Assembly (NCBI RefSeq): GCF_001194135.2
Contig: NC_068988.1
Coordinates: forward strand, 40,436,554-40,473,809
DNA length: 37,256 bases
Direction: 5' to 3'
Source of the DNA: Octopus bimaculoides
Taxonomy: Eukaryota
The translations under genes were made by a program, and so were the position numbers. This document shows positions 35,667 through 37,256 of this stretch, in pieces (position 1 is the first letter of the stretch; the number at the start of each line of letters is the position of its first letter). The notes beneath the pieces were generated by a model. It made no database searches, was not told the DNA's origin, and worked only from the letters and a program-made list of their open reading frames with translations.

Positions 35667-35878
35667 CCATATTCAACCAGAAACATTGACAGTCCGTTAC
35701 TCTTTAGTAAGATTATTGTTGAAATAGATGCATATACTGATTATAGAATGCATTATTTCAGTAGGGAGTATTCAGTGGTTAGGGCCAAGGCCTCCATTCC
35801 TCACTACTACCACTACCACCAGCACCAAAACGACGACGTTTTCCCTGAGTGGTCAGTCTTGTGCTGGAAGATGCTACT
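35667..35878 (+). CDS. Candidate two-exon segment (35667-35706, 35762-35878) encoding a Thr-rich linker plus SCxGRC motif
   Basis: 55-bp intron GTAAGA...TACTGAT...TTTCAG. Spliced frame is open: PYSTRNIDSPLLF|IGSIQWLGPRPPFLTTTTTTSTKTTTFSLSGQSCAGRCY, then donor T|GTAAAA. Confidence 0.45.
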
Positions 35879-36824
35879 GTAAAATAAAAAATAACAATAA
35901 TCGGATCGAGTACTGGAAGATGTATTATATACAAATTCAAGCATATTCTTAAAAATGATATTTATTCAAATAAAAAGTAATCATTATATGAGGAAAACTA
36001 TAGCGAATGATTTTAAATCATATAAAAATTTTATAGGAAAGCGAATTCTTACATATCTAATGGAAATCTACGGAAATCATGTGTGAGCACGTTTGGTATT
36101 TAGTATTTTTCAGCATTTTGCCTTAGCGTGGTGACACATTAACTTCGTAATACATGTGTTTGCACAGATGGTAGGATGTTTCATACTACTATCAGATGTG
36201 CTAATTCGCAATTGTTTAAATTACATCTAAAATCTAATTTTTTATCATACGCATGCGCGCGTGCAAGCACACAAACACACACATGCACGCAAATACGTAG
36301 AAAAAAAACGCAGACATATGGATGCATAAACATATATATATATATATGTATATATATATGAATAGAAAAGTGATTATATATATAATCGTACATGTGTATC
36401 ATATATACATGTATTTATACATATATATATATATATATATATANNNNNNNNNNNNNNNNNNNNNNNNNNNNNNNNNNNNNNNNNNNNNNNNNNNNNNNNN
36501 NNNNNNNNNNNNNNNNNNNNNNNNNNNNNNNNNNNNNNNNNNNNNNNNNNNNNNNNNNNNNNNNNNNNNNNNNNNNNNNNNNNNNNNNNNNNNNNNNNNN
36601 NNNNNNNNNNNNNNNNNNNNNNNNNNNNNNNNNNNNNNNNNNNNNNNNNNNNNNNNNNNNNNNNNNNNNNNNNNNNNNNNNNNNNNNNNNNNNNNNNNNN
36701 NNNNNNNNNNNNNNNNNNNNNNNNNNNNNNNNNNNNNNNNNNNNNNNNNNNNNNNNNNNNNNNNNNNNNNNNNNNNNNNNNNNNNNNNNNNNNNNNNNNN
36801 NNNNNNNNNNNNNNNNNNNNNNNN

Positions 36825-36868
<44 letters not shown>

Positions 36869-36926
36869 ACTTATATATATATATACATATACAAATATAT
36901 ATATATCTATATACATATATATTTAC

Positions 36927-37256
36927 AGTGGCTGTGTGGTAAGTAGCTAGCTTACCAACCACATTGTTCTGGGTTCAGTCCCACTGCGTGGCACCTTGGG
37001 AAAGTGTCTTCTACTATAGCCTCGGGCCGACCAAAGCCTTGTGAGTGGATTTGGTAGACGGAAACTGAAAGAAGCCCGTCATATATATGTATATGTATAT
37101 ACGTATGTGTGTGTATATGTTTGTGTGTCTGTGTTTGTCACCCCAGCTTCGCTTGACGACCGATGCTGGTGTGCTTGCGTCCCCGTAACTTGGCGGTTCG
37201 GCAAAAAGAGACCGATAGAATAAGTACAAGGCTTACAAAGAATAAGTCCTGGGGTC
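36927..37256 (+). mobile_element. tRNA-derived SINE with internal (TA)/(TG) microsatellite, cut by the window end
   Basis: A box tggctgtgtgg and B box gggttcagtccc. The body matches 26177-26400. Confidence 0.92.

Noticed and set aside
36927-37000. tRNA gene (also at 22329-22420)
   Set aside because: The A/B boxes belong to SINE heads that continue into SINE bodies; no complete cloverleaf is seen.

Overview
AT-rich, repeat-dense eukaryotic genomic DNA from a draft assembly with nine N-gaps. The SINE sequences and the (TA)n/(TTA)n/(CA)n/(GA)n microsatellite load suggest an octopus/coleoid cephalopod (inference from recalled sequences, not a search). There are no prokaryotic features. Most of the window is decayed transposable elements: two R4/Dong-type REL-endonuclease retrotransposon 3' ends in (TAA)n tracts, five Penelope-like segments, an RTE LINE, L1/Tx1-type LINE pieces, two mariner copies, Helitron pieces, tRNA-derived SINEs and a ~400-bp foldback element. 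Host-gene content is small. The best-supported item is a terminal exon (8507-9200) encoding a galaxin-like protein of 28-aa double-dicysteine repeats. Weaker candidates are a diverged galaxin-like exon (23293-23557), a minus-strand PH-domain-like terminal exon (24001-24198), and plus-strand exon-like segments (26448-26540, 27589-27754, 35667-35878). Most ORFs in the supplied track are artefacts of N-gaps or microsatellites. All family calls come from motif recognition by eye.
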